Assembly: GCA_038249055.1 (NCBI GenBank) | Contig: JBBRWS010000001.1 | Location: forward strand, 78,244 to 142,243 | Origin: Minisyncoccia bacterium | Lineage (GTDB): Bacteria > Patescibacteriota > Minisyncoccia > Phycocordibacterales > UBA9973 | Direction: 5' to 3' | DNA length: 64,000 bases | Shown: piece by piece, positions 50,803 through 59,233 of the stretch | Layout: the number at the start of each line of letters is the position of its first letter | How positions within the stretch are numbered: the first letter of the stretch is position 1 | Program-made: the position numbers and the translations under genes | The notes under the pieces: generated by a model | Seen by the model: only the letters and a program-made list of their open reading frames with translations | The model's database searches: none | What the model was told of the DNA's origin: nothing

Positions 50803-51774
50803 TTATTTTATAACACTGTTTATAACTTTCCCTGTTTCTAGCGCGGCAATAATATTTTTTGCAGCAATTTCTGCCATCATGTCGCGAGCTGATTGTCTAG
50901 CTGAAGCAATATGCGGGGTAAGAATTACATTTGATAATTTAATAAGTCCTGGAGTAAGTTTTGGTTCGAATTCATAAACATCTAACGCTGCTCCTTTTAT
51001 AGTCCCCTTTTTCAATGCAGATACTAATGCTTTTTCATCAACAACAGGACCCCTTGAAGTATTAATTAAGAAGGAAGTTTTTTTCATCATTTTTAATGAT
51101 TCTTTATTTATAAGATGATGAGTTGTTGGAAGTAATGGAACGTGAAGGGATATAATATCAGCCTCCTTAAGAATTTCGAAGGTTTCTTTTTTAATTGTTC
51201 CTGGAACTTTTTCAATCTCAAGATTTGGAACTATGTCACTGTAAAGAATATTAACTCCAAATCCATAATGAAGCATTTTTGCTACCTCTGTTCCTATTTG
51301 TCCTGCACCAATTAATCCCAGTGTTTTACCTTTTAAGTCAGTACCTATCAATAAATATGGATCCCATCCTTTATATTTTCCTTGGCGCATAAATCTATCT
51401 CCTTCATTTAGTCTTGTTGTTAACGCTAAAATAAGAGCAACCGTGTGTTCAGCTACAGCAATAACAGACGTTCCTGGAGTATTTGATGCACAAATATTTC
51501 TTTTTTTAGCTTCCTCAATATCAATATTGTTGTATCCGACAGAAAAATTGGCGCAAACCTTAGCGGTTGGACAGGAATCAAAAACTTCTTTATCTATAGG
51601 GTCTGTTAAAAATGAAATAATACCATCATAAGATTTTTTCTTTAATGCTTTTACAAGTTCTTTTTTTGTTGGAGGGAGTTTTGATGTACCAACGTCAAAA
51701 CTTATTCCTTTTTCTCTCAACAATTTAAGACCAGCTTCAGGAATTTTTCTTGTAATGTATATTTTTTTATCCAT
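50803..51774 (-). CDS. D-2-hydroxyacid dehydrogenase (glyoxylate reductase/D-glycerate DH)
   Basis: VGYNNID, NTPG, GAGQIG, INTSRG, DVYEFEP, PHIAS. Confidence 0.92.
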   Translation of the reverse strand: MDKKIYITRKIPEAGLKLLREKGISFDVGTSKLPPTKKELVKALKKKSYDGIISFLTDPIDKEVFDSCPTAKVCANFSVGYNNIDIEEAKKRNICASNTPGTSVIAVAEHTVALILALTTRLNEGDRFMRQGKYKGWDPYLLIGTDLKGKTLGLIGAGQIGTEVAKMLHYGFGVNILYSDIVPNLEIEKVPGTIKKETFEILKEADIISLHVPLLPTTHHLINKESLKMMKKTSFLINTSRGPVVDEKALVSALKKGTIKGAALDVYEFEPKLTPGLIKLSNVILTPHIASARQSARDMMAEIAAKNIIAALETGKVINSVIK

Positions 51775-51789
51775 ATAAATATTTGTTAA

Positions 51790-52590
51790 TTAATAACCAA
51801 TTTTAATTGAATCACGATTTTTTTCTGCAACCAAGGAAATTCTTTCCATCATAGCCACTGCTTCTACTGGATATTTACCTTTAGCAGATTCTTCTGAAAG
51901 CATAACTCCGTCAGCTCCATCAAGTATTGCATAAGCAACGTCTGAAACCTCAGCTCTAGTTGGGGTTGGGCTATCAACCATTGATAGAAGCATTTGAGTT
52001 GCCACGATTACCATTTTGCCAGCTTTTTTACATTCTTGAATTATATGATGTTGAACGAATGGTATTTCTTCGAGAGGAAATTCATTACCAAGGTCTCCGC
52101 GGGCTACCATAATTGCGTCCGTTTCTTTTATAATTTCTGCAAGGTTTTCAAAAGCCATTTTTCTTTCTATTTTTGCTATCACTTTTTGATTACCTCCCTT
52201 TTCTTTAATAAGTTGTTTAAGTTTGATAACATCAGACGCTTGACCTACAAAGGATAATGCAATATAGTCTACACCTTGTTGTATTCCGAAAGTAAGGTCA
52301 GAAATATCTTTTTCTGTTATTACCTCTTCACCTTCTTCTCCACCAAAACGATGTTCAGAACCTTCTTGCACTCTTGGTCCAGATAAATCTTGAATAATAG
52401 GAATATATAAATTATGCTGTTCTTTTGATACTTCACGAATATTTTTTATTATTTCTGTATGCCATTCATAAGTACCCCATGAGAAATTTAAGCGAGCGAT
52501 ATCCATATGATGCTTTATTAATTCAGAAATAATTTCTCTACTGTTACTAGCCGGTCCTATTGTTGCTACTATTTTTGTTATAGATTCCAT
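51790..52590 (-). CDS. pyk: Pyruvate kinase, barrel-only form
   Basis: [44 protein letters not shown]. Confidence 0.92.
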   Translation of the reverse strand: MESITKIVATIGPASNSREIISELIKHHMDIARLNFSWGTYEWHTEIIKNIREVSKEQHNLYIPIIQDLSGPRVQEGSEHRFGGEEGEEVITEKDISDLTFGIQQGVDYIALSFVGQASDVIKLKQLIKEKGGNQKVIAKIERKMAFENLAEIIKETDAIMVARGDLGNEFPLEEIPFVQHHIIQECKKAGKMVIVATQMLLSMVDSPTPTRAEVSDVAYAILDGADGVMLSEESAKGKYPVEAVAMMERISLVAEKNRDSIKIGY

Positions 52591-52757
52591 TTTGCGGTGA
52601 AGAATGATATTATTTGTTCGCCATTCTTTTATTTATTAAATAATTTATAATTGTTTTTGTATTATATACAAAAACAAACGATTTTTCAAGGCTATAATAT
52701 GGAGTGAAAAGAAATAACTTATATAAAAACACCCAATATTGGGTGTTTTTATATAAG

Positions 52758-52826
52758 TTATTTCTTTGGTGGAGTAGCTTTTTTGGGTTTCTTAACTTCC
52801 TTGCGAGCACCTGTGCCTTTTGCCAT
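52758..52826 (-). CDS. 22-aa basic microprotein
   Basis: MAKGTGARKEVKKPKKATPPKK; TACAAT upstream and terminator at 52724-52750. Confidence 0.55.
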   Translation of the reverse strand: MAKGTGARKEVKKPKKATPPKK

Positions 52827-53004
52827 ATATTTAAAATTTTTTTATTATTAATAATAGCTACATTGTAACATTATTAAACTATTTTAAAAAATTTATAAAT
52901 CTATTATATAGATTACTATAGAACAACGTCATTCGGACGTAATGCAATTAAAGATTACTTTATTTGCACCCGCTCCTCACTTGTTGTTATAATAGAAAAA
53001 TGGG

Positions 53005-53109
53005 TCCCTTTAGGGGCCACGGTCGCAGTATGTGACGGGAATTATAAATTTAATTTTAACAGATTGCGAGATTAGTAAATAATATTAATCGCGATTTGCT
53101 TCTAATAGA
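53005..53109 (+). mobile_element. Degenerate start-codon element
   Basis: ATGGG|TCCCTTTAGGGGCCACGGTCGC...ATCGCGATTTGCTTCTAATAGA|ATGGA. Confidence 0.7.
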
Positions 53110-53277
53110 ATGGATGAAGAAGATGATGTTCAAGAAAAAGGTGAAGTAAAAGAACCAGTTTGCCCTCGTTGTGGTTTACGCTCGTATGACGATATTTGTA
53201 AAAATTGCGGAACCCCAATTGTTGATAAAAGTGATGATGAAGAGGAAGATTATAACTGGAGAGAAAAACACAGATAA
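53110..53277 (+). CDS. 55-aa acidic zinc-ribbon protein (not in ORF track)
   Basis: MDEEDD...CPRCG...CKNCG...WREKHR; terminator immediately after. Confidence 0.75.
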   Translation: MDEEDDVQEKGEVKEPVCPRCGLRSYDDICKNCGTPIVDKSDDEEEDYNWREKHR

Positions 53278-53362
53278 ATAAACACCCCGTAGTATATACT
53301 ACGGGGTGTTTATTTTTTTTACTTTATAAAGAAAATTTTGTATATTGGGTTTTCTTTGTTAA

Positions 53363-54148
53363 TTAATTTATTTCAAATTTTGTAACAGTAATAATTTGTG
53401 GATTTTTTTGGTATTCGTAAGTAAAATTTGCTTTACTTTGAATATGGCCGTCTTCATAAATAATTTCCCCATTATGACTTGGTGGATTTGCAACAACAGA
53501 TATTGTATACCAAGTTCCACCTAAAACAGGTTTATTGGTTGCTATTATATTTATATTTTCTTTTATATATTTTTCGGTAAATACTTTTTCATCAAGAGTC
53601 TCACAATCAATTTGGCTCATTTGCTCTGAGTAAGTAAGATTTGTCTTATCTTTATACACATATACTCCATCTCCCCTATCTACCATTTCTCCAAATCCCA
53701 CACTTGCACTTCCATCTCCAAAAACGATTTCAAGTTCTTCTTTTACATTCATACCTTCGGCAAGTGAGTTCCACCAAACATTTGCTCTTCGCCCCATTAT
53801 TTTTTGTTCCAATGGTCCTACTGTTCCTTCAAATAATCCAACCTTCGAATCTTTTTCTGCTGGAATATTGTTAAATTCGCCTTTAATTTTTTCTCCTTCT
53901 ATGTTTAATATAATCCATGATTTATCATAAAAACCGCTATCTGTCTTTTTATAATTGGAATAACACAGATTAAATATTTTAGGTTCCTCAGCTTTTTCGG
54001 TGTTGCTATTTTCAGTTACTATATTATTTTCTGGAGCTATTATTGTAATGGATTTCTTTTTAAAAATAAAACCCGAAATGACAGCACCAACTATTATAAA
54101 AATAAGTACTATTAGAATTATTTGTTTTATTTTAAATTTATTCTCCAT
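53363..54148 (-). CDS. Membrane-anchored hypothetical protein
   Basis: N-terminal TM; PAEKD, PVLGGTWY, YEDGH; start ATG 54148. Confidence 0.75.
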   Translation of the reverse strand: MENKFKIKQIILIVLIFIIVGAVISGFIFKKKSITIIAPENNIVTENSNTEKAEEPKIFNLCYSNYKKTDSGFYDKSWIILNIEGEKIKGEFNNIPAEKDSKVGLFEGTVGPLEQKIMGRRANVWWNSLAEGMNVKEELEIVFGDGSASVGFGEMVDRGDGVYVYKDKTNLTYSEQMSQIDCETLDEKVFTEKYIKENINIIATNKPVLGGTWYTISVVANPPSHNGEIIYEDGHIQSKANFTYEYQKNPQIITVTKFEIN

Positions 54149-54245
54149 CACATTAAAAATTTTTATTATTAATAATAAGGTAATTTGACCTATACCACCT
54201 TAAATTTTAAGTATTTAATAACTTTCCCAAAAATTTCTAATGGGA
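54149..54245 (-). mobile_element. Degenerate start-codon element
   Basis: TCCCATTAGAAATTTTT...AAAAATTTTTAATGTG|ATG (14/16 inverted match); no upstream duplication visible. Confidence 0.65.
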
Positions 54246-54282
54246 CAAGTACTACTTAGATTATATCATTTATATAAAAATT

Positions 54283-55965
54283 TTATATAAATAATTTTGC
54301 AATTCGGATTTCTTCAAAAGTTAAATTTATACCCTCTTTATCCAATATTGCTTTAATAGGGCTTAATTTACCCTTTTCATCCCCTTTTAATTTATCGTTT
54401 GTTTTTTTTACTGATTTTATATCCTTATCTTTAGGTTTTATATGTTTAATATTAGTATTTGGATATTTTTTAATAATATCTTCTATGTGTTGTATTATAG
54501 TTCCTCTTACTAAATTTCTTTCTTCCACTATTTCATTAATATTTTTACCAAGTTCCAATAGTTCTTTAGTAATTTCAATTGAGGGAATTTTTATATCTTT
54601 AATTTTTTTATCTTTTAATTTTTTATTACCCGTTTGTATAGTTCCTCCCATTCTATTTATAAAATCTTCTTCAAGTTTTTTCTGTTCTTCTGCCTTTAGT
54701 TTTTTAAACAATAATTCATTACTAAAACTTTGGTTCTTTAAATCTTGATCAAATTCTAAAACCTTGGGATCAACACGAAGAGCATCACTATTAAATCCAA
54801 CCAAACTGATACCTTCTAGCGTTCGTACTCGAGAAAGTGCAACATACCCCATTCCATATGAAAATGTTCGAGAAAGGTCTATTTCTGCGTTATCTAGAGA
54901 CATTCCCTGGCTTTTATGAATAGTAATAGCCCAGGCAAGACGAAGTGGTATTTGTGATAATGATGCTTTTATTTTTCCATCTTCTTCAATAGCCCATAAT
55001 TCTTGCTTTAAAGTAATTTTTTTGCCGTTATATAATTCTATGATAGGATTTCCATTTTCTTTGTTAAACCCTATGATTTTACCACGAGAACCGTTTACAT
55101 AACCCTCCTCAAAATTATTTTTAATACACATTATTTCAGCACCAATTTTTAATTTTAATTTTTCGTGAGCGAGGCAACTTTTTTTCAATATATCTGTTAA
55201 CATTTCAGGTCCACTTGATGTCATATGAGAAATTCTTTCCTCATTTTCAATTAAAGAAAGTTCGATATTGTTTATATCATCTACATTAACATTGTGCGTA
55301 TAGAGTTTTGTAGCTTTTACATTATTTTTTAATTCAGCACCAATCCGACTTTGTAATAATTCATAATGTTTTTCTTCTACAGAATTAGTTCTAATTGAAT
55401 TTAAAATTTCTGTTAAATTATCATCTTCTTGTCTGTGTTGTTCTTCTATATAACAAATTGCTGGATTTAATATCTGCCATGCTTTACCATTAAAAATCAT
55501 ACCACTTTCATTTTCATCGCCACTTTTATTTATAGGTGGTAGTTGGAAAAAATCTCCTGAAAGTATCACTTGTAGTCCTCCAAAAGGTTTATCATTTCTT
55601 TTAAACCTACGACAAACACGCTCAATCATATCAAGCTGGCTAGCATGTAACATTGATACTTCATCTATAATAAGTACGCGTGCTTTTTCGAATCTTTTCC
55701 AGAGATACTTTTTATCCTCCAATTGTTCTAAATCTTTTTCTTCAAGAAAACTTCTAATACCTATTCCAGACCAAGAATGAATTGTCATACCATTCATGTG
55801 GGTTGCTGCAATCCCCGTAGATGCTGTAATAGCTACTGGTATATCATGGCTTTCAAGATATGATATATATTTGTTTAAAAGAAATGTTTTACCACTACCA
55901 GCACTTCCTGTTAGGTAAATATTTACTCCAGTTTTCATTATTAAAAAAGCCTGTTCTTGTGTCAT
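54283..55965 (-). CDS. PIF1-family helicase with C-terminal HTH
   Basis: GSAGSGKT, DEVSM, GDFFQLPP, AWAITIHKSQG, YVALSR. Confidence 0.93.
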   Translation of the reverse strand: MTQEQAFLIMKTGVNIYLTGSAGSGKTFLLNKYISYLESHDIPVAITASTGIAATHMNGMTIHSWSGIGIRSFLEEKDLEQLEDKKYLWKRFEKARVLIIDEVSMLHASQLDMIERVCRRFKRNDKPFGGLQVILSGDFFQLPPINKSGDENESGMIFNGKAWQILNPAICYIEEQHRQEDDNLTEILNSIRTNSVEEKHYELLQSRIGAELKNNVKATKLYTHNVNVDDINNIELSLIENEERISHMTSSGPEMLTDILKKSCLAHEKLKLKIGAEIMCIKNNFEEGYVNGSRGKIIGFNKENGNPIIELYNGKKITLKQELWAIEEDGKIKASLSQIPLRLAWAITIHKSQGMSLDNAEIDLSRTFSYGMGYVALSRVRTLEGISLVGFNSDALRVDPKVLEFDQDLKNQSFSNELLFKKLKAEEQKKLEEDFINRMGGTIQTGNKKLKDKKIKDIKIPSIEITKELLELGKNINEIVEERNLVRGTIIQHIEDIIKKYPNTNIKHIKPKDKDIKSVKKTNDKLKGDEKGKLSPIKAILDKEGINLTFEEIRIAKLFI

Positions 55966-55997
55966 ATCGAGTAGTATATCATTATTATAGAATTATA

Positions 55998-56567
55998 TTA
56001 TTCGTACTTTCTAATAATAGCTTTTACTACTGCAGTAATATTTAAATACATTTTTGGGTATATAGGTTTGAAATCTTTATTTGCTGGTTCTAACCATATC
56101 TTATCTCCACTTTTTCTTAAATATTTCATTGTGAATTCACCATCTACATCTGCTATTACGATCTGTCCATCGCGAGCGATGTTTGTTTTTTCTACTAGTA
56201 CCATATCTCCATTTGCGATATGAGCATCTATCATTGAATCTCCATCAACGGTAAGCATATAAGAATTACCTTTTTTATTTATCAAATAGTCGTCGATATT
56301 TATGGTATCATTTAATTCCTCACTCACATCTGTTGGAAAACCTGCTTTTACGTAACCCAACATTGGGATAGAATTAAATGATACATCGGCAATAAGACGA
56401 CCAAGATGATCTTTACTTACTATTCCTTCTTCAATAAATTTATCAACAAGTCTAGCTACTGCATTCTTTGATTTAAATCCAAATAGATTCATCATCTCTG
56501 AGTATGTCGGCATTCGCCTATCTCTATTGTAAAAATTAATTAGTTTATCTTTGTAATTGTTGTACAT
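55998..56567 (-). CDS. lexA: SOS repressor LexA
   Basis: N-terminal wHTH (PTYSEM), AG cleavage site (VKAGFP), GDSM Ser and TMK Lys. Confidence 0.88.
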   Translation of the reverse strand: MYNNYKDKLINFYNRDRRMPTYSEMMNLFGFKSKNAVARLVDKFIEEGIVSKDHLGRLIADVSFNSIPMLGYVKAGFPTDVSEELNDTINIDDYLINKKGNSYMLTVDGDSMIDAHIANGDMVLVEKTNIARDGQIVIADVDGEFTMKYLRKSGDKIWLEPANKDFKPIYPKMYLNITAVVKAIIRKYE

Positions 56568-56581
56568 ACAACTATAGTATA

Positions 56582-56794
56582 TTAGATATTAGAAAATATT
56601 GTAAATCTATTAAGTTGATTAAAAAAATTACCCCAAAAACCCCTACGTGAATGCTGACGGATTTTATGAAGAAGCTGTTTGTGTTCAAGAGCTTCTCTCT
56701 TATAATCTATTCCTTTAAGTATTTTTACATCAATCTTTTTATTAATACTATGAATCTCACGTTCTATTATTTTTAAATATTCTTCTTTTCTCAT
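56582..56794 (-). CDS. Small hypothetical protein co-transcribed with lexA
   Basis: 70 aa; 14 nt upstream of lexA. Confidence 0.65.
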   Translation of the reverse strand: MRKEEYLKIIEREIHSINKKIDVKILKGIDYKREALEHKQLLHKIRQHSRRGFWGNFFNQLNRFTIFSNI

Positions 56795-56866
56795 ATATTT
56801 ATATACGTGCCCTGGAGTGAGCGTGCTCTACTTCTAGGGTAATTATTATTAATTAATTGTATATAT

Positions 56867-56895
56867 AGTATATGTGAACGAGCGTTCACAGTCAA
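56867..56895 (-). promoter_or_regulatory. Promoter with candidate SOS box
   Basis: TTGACT-17-TATACT on the minus strand; spacer holds TGTGAACG-AG-CGTTCACA (GAAC-N4-GTTC). Confidence 0.8.
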
Positions 56896-56929
56896 GAAAA
56901 AACTGTGGATAACTCCTTAACCCGCTAAT

Positions 56930-57526
56930 TTATTTAATAATTTGTTTTTTAGATATTAAATATAAAGTACTTGTAATAAATGCGCCTAGTACATCCATGA
57001 ACATATCCTTCTGTGCGTCCCAAATATCTCCTTGAGAGCCTAGAAAAGCTGCTCCAGCATCACCTCCCCATAATTCTGCATACCACCATTCTATCCATTC
57101 ATAAAATACAGCAACGAATGCGATTGCAAAAATGGAATAAGTTACGGCCACTATTTTTTTTGAAACAAGTTGGCGCATTTCCAAATATTCAATAATCGCG
57201 ATTGCATATAATCCAACCGCAAAATGACCTACTCGATCAAACATGTTTCTTGTAAATCCAAAAAGATTATTAAACCAATCGAATGGTACTAACTCAAAAG
57301 TGTAATGCCCTCCTATTGTGTGCATAAATGGTAAAACAAACATTAAAATATATGCAATATTTGAAAAACGAATTCCCTTCCAATATAAATATACAATAAA
57401 TAATACAAGGGCTAATATAGGAATATTTTCAGCGTACCAAACACTGCGAGAAAACGGATTAATTCCTGCAATAATAAATTCAATAGTATAAATCGATAGC
57501 AATAAATGTGGTATATATTTTTTCAT
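56930..57526 (-). CDS. DUF2238/YjdF-like membrane protein
   Basis: WYAEN, HTIGGHYTF..VP, RNMFDRVGH, FLGSQGDIWDAQKDM. Confidence 0.88.
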   Translation of the reverse strand: MKKYIPHLLLSIYTIEFIIAGINPFSRSVWYAENIPILALVLFIVYLYWKGIRFSNIAYILMFVLPFMHTIGGHYTFELVPFDWFNNLFGFTRNMFDRVGHFAVGLYAIAIIEYLEMRQLVSKKIVAVTYSIFAIAFVAVFYEWIEWWYAELWGGDAGAAFLGSQGDIWDAQKDMFMDVLGAFITSTLYLISKKQIIK

Positions 57527-57551
57527 TTATAAATTTTAGTTAATTAATAAT

Positions 57552-58445
57552 TTAAATAAAAGATTCTTCTATTTTAATTGGTGAAATATTTGGAAACAAT
57601 ACTTGGCTACGTTTGTTTGTTACTATCATTTCGTTTTGAAAACTATCAAGCATGCATCGACCGACCCTCGCTTGTATTTTTGGTATAAAAAATTTAAGAA
57701 ATAAACCAGCTATTTTTTCAGGAAGAATTGAAATTCGAATAATTATATTTTTTTTATTTCGAAATTTAGCATATTTTTTTATAAATTCTTCGTACGACAT
57801 TATTTCGGGGCCTCCAATTTCTATAATTTCAGAGTTATTAATTTTAACGTCAATGGATTCTTTTAAATAAAGAAGAGCATCTTTAATTCCAATAGGCTGA
57901 GTTTTAGTCTTTGACCATCTAGGTAAAGTTATTATTGGGCTTTTTTCAACTAGATTTTTAACTATCTCAAATGATGTACTTCCTGCTCCTATTATCATTG
58001 ACGCACGAAGCTCGATTACTTCGTTATTGTATTTTCTAAGAATATCACCAGTATTATGCCTACTTGAAAGATGATGTGATAATGTATCTTTATCGTTGCC
58101 TAATCCACTCATGTATATAACTCGTTTAACTCCTGTTTGTTGTAGTGCACGTCCCGTATTATCGGCAGCAATTTCTTCTTTTTTATAAAAATTATTTATA
58201 TCTGTAGTTGCCATCATATGTACTAAATAATAAGCTACATCGATATCATTCAATGAATTTTTTATTTGTTCATAATCAAGCACATCAGCGTTTAATTTTT
58301 TTACTCTAGATTTATATTTTTCATCTATAATAATATTTGTAGAATTTTGCGAAATAGCAAAAATATTATGCTTAGTATTTTCCAATAAATGTTTTATTTG
58401 ATTTTTTTCTACAAAACCCGATGCCCCAATAACTGCTATATTCAT
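57552..58445 (-). CDS. NAD(P)-binding atypical SDR (YbjT-like)
   Basis: IGASGFV, YYLVH, IYMSGLG, HLSSR, TQPI; true start MNIAV at 58445. Confidence 0.85.
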   Translation of the reverse strand: MNIAVIGASGFVEKNQIKHLLENTKHNIFAISQNSTNIIIDEKYKSRVKKLNADVLDYEQIKNSLNDIDVAYYLVHMMATTDINNFYKKEEIAADNTGRALQQTGVKRVIYMSGLGNDKDTLSHHLSSRHNTGDILRKYNNEVIELRASMIIGAGSTSFEIVKNLVEKSPIITLPRWSKTKTQPIGIKDALLYLKESIDVKINNSEIIEIGGPEIMSYEEFIKKYAKFRNKKNIIIRISILPEKIAGLFLKFFIPKIQARVGRCMLDSFQNEMIVTNKRSQVLFPNISPIKIEESFI

Positions 58446-58573
58446 CCGGTTAGTGAGAAATGACATTATGGTTTCATCATATCTCTATTTATTTTGATAA
58501 TGTTTCAATAATATATTTACTACGTTTATCTCTTTGTTTTGTTTTTTAAACAATGTCATTTTCTACTACGGGA
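58446..58573 (-). mobile_element. Start-codon hairpin element (variant arms)
   Basis: ATGAA|TCCCGTAGTAGAAAATGACATT...AATGTCATTTCTCACTAACCGG|ATGAA. Confidence 0.82.
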
Positions 58574-58588
58574 TTCATTTATTTATAT

Positions 58589-59122
58589 TTAGTTAAATAA
58601 AAATGAAACTAAATCCCAAGGAAGACTCATGCTAAAGATTACAGCATATAGTACAATAAAAATTATTGGTATATTTTTTTCTATTGATGAAATTCTTCTA
58701 TATTTAGTAGAGTCCAAACCTTTTCCTAATAGTTCCCATTCAGTTTTAAATAGCGATAGTGGTAATTTCTCTTCTATATTATGAATAACTTTAAATTTAG
58801 CTTTATTTAGTTGTTTGTATGAGATAATAATTTCATACCAACAGTAACATATTGCTATACCAACAAATGGAGCAAATAAAAAAATTACAGAAGTATTATT
58901 TGTTGGAGTACGTGTTTCTAAATATCCCAGAACAGCAATGATGGCTGTATTTAATCCAAGAAAAAACTCATTAGAACCATTTCTTCTATCACTAGTACTA
59001 TTGAAGATATGAAGATACATTCGATATTGTTCCAAATAATGGTTTTCGTAATTTAGGTCTTCCCCATCATTATAATTTTTCACCCTAGAATACAACATGC
59101 TATCTAATTTATCTTTTTCCAT
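58589..59122 (-). CDS. Membrane protein, 3 TM, possibly pore-forming effector-like
   Basis: LEQY...SDRR..SN.FF..LNT...W...I.SYKQLN.AKF.VI..IE..LP pattern; family not firmly assigned. Confidence 0.65.
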   Translation of the reverse strand: MEKDKLDSMLYSRVKNYNDGEDLNYENHYLEQYRMYLHIFNSTSDRRNGSNEFFLGLNTAIIAVLGYLETRTPTNNTSVIFLFAPFVGIAICYCWYEIIISYKQLNKAKFKVIHNIEEKLPLSLFKTEWELLGKGLDSTKYRRISSIEKNIPIIFIVLYAVIFSMSLPWDLVSFLFN

Positions 59123-59233
59123 ATGGTTTTATTTTTAATATTATAACTTTAATTTTAACAGATATTTATCAAAATGTCAGTATAATAAAATCCCATAGTT
59201 ATGTATGGGATTTTATTATATATATTTTAAAAT

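Noticed and set aside
52610-52810. 66-aa minus-strand ORF
   Set aside because: It runs through a terminator and promoter; the 22-aa ORF in another frame fits the signals better
52925-52985. Hammerhead ribozyme on the minus strand (GUGAGGAG...CCGAAU)
   Set aside because: The core deviates from CUGANGA/GAAA and no third stem or cleavage triplet is evident
41171-58578. CRISPR array or plain terminators as the explanation for the repeated hairpins
   Set aside because: Copies are dispersed, lack U-tracts and regular spacers, and abut start codons; no cas genes seen
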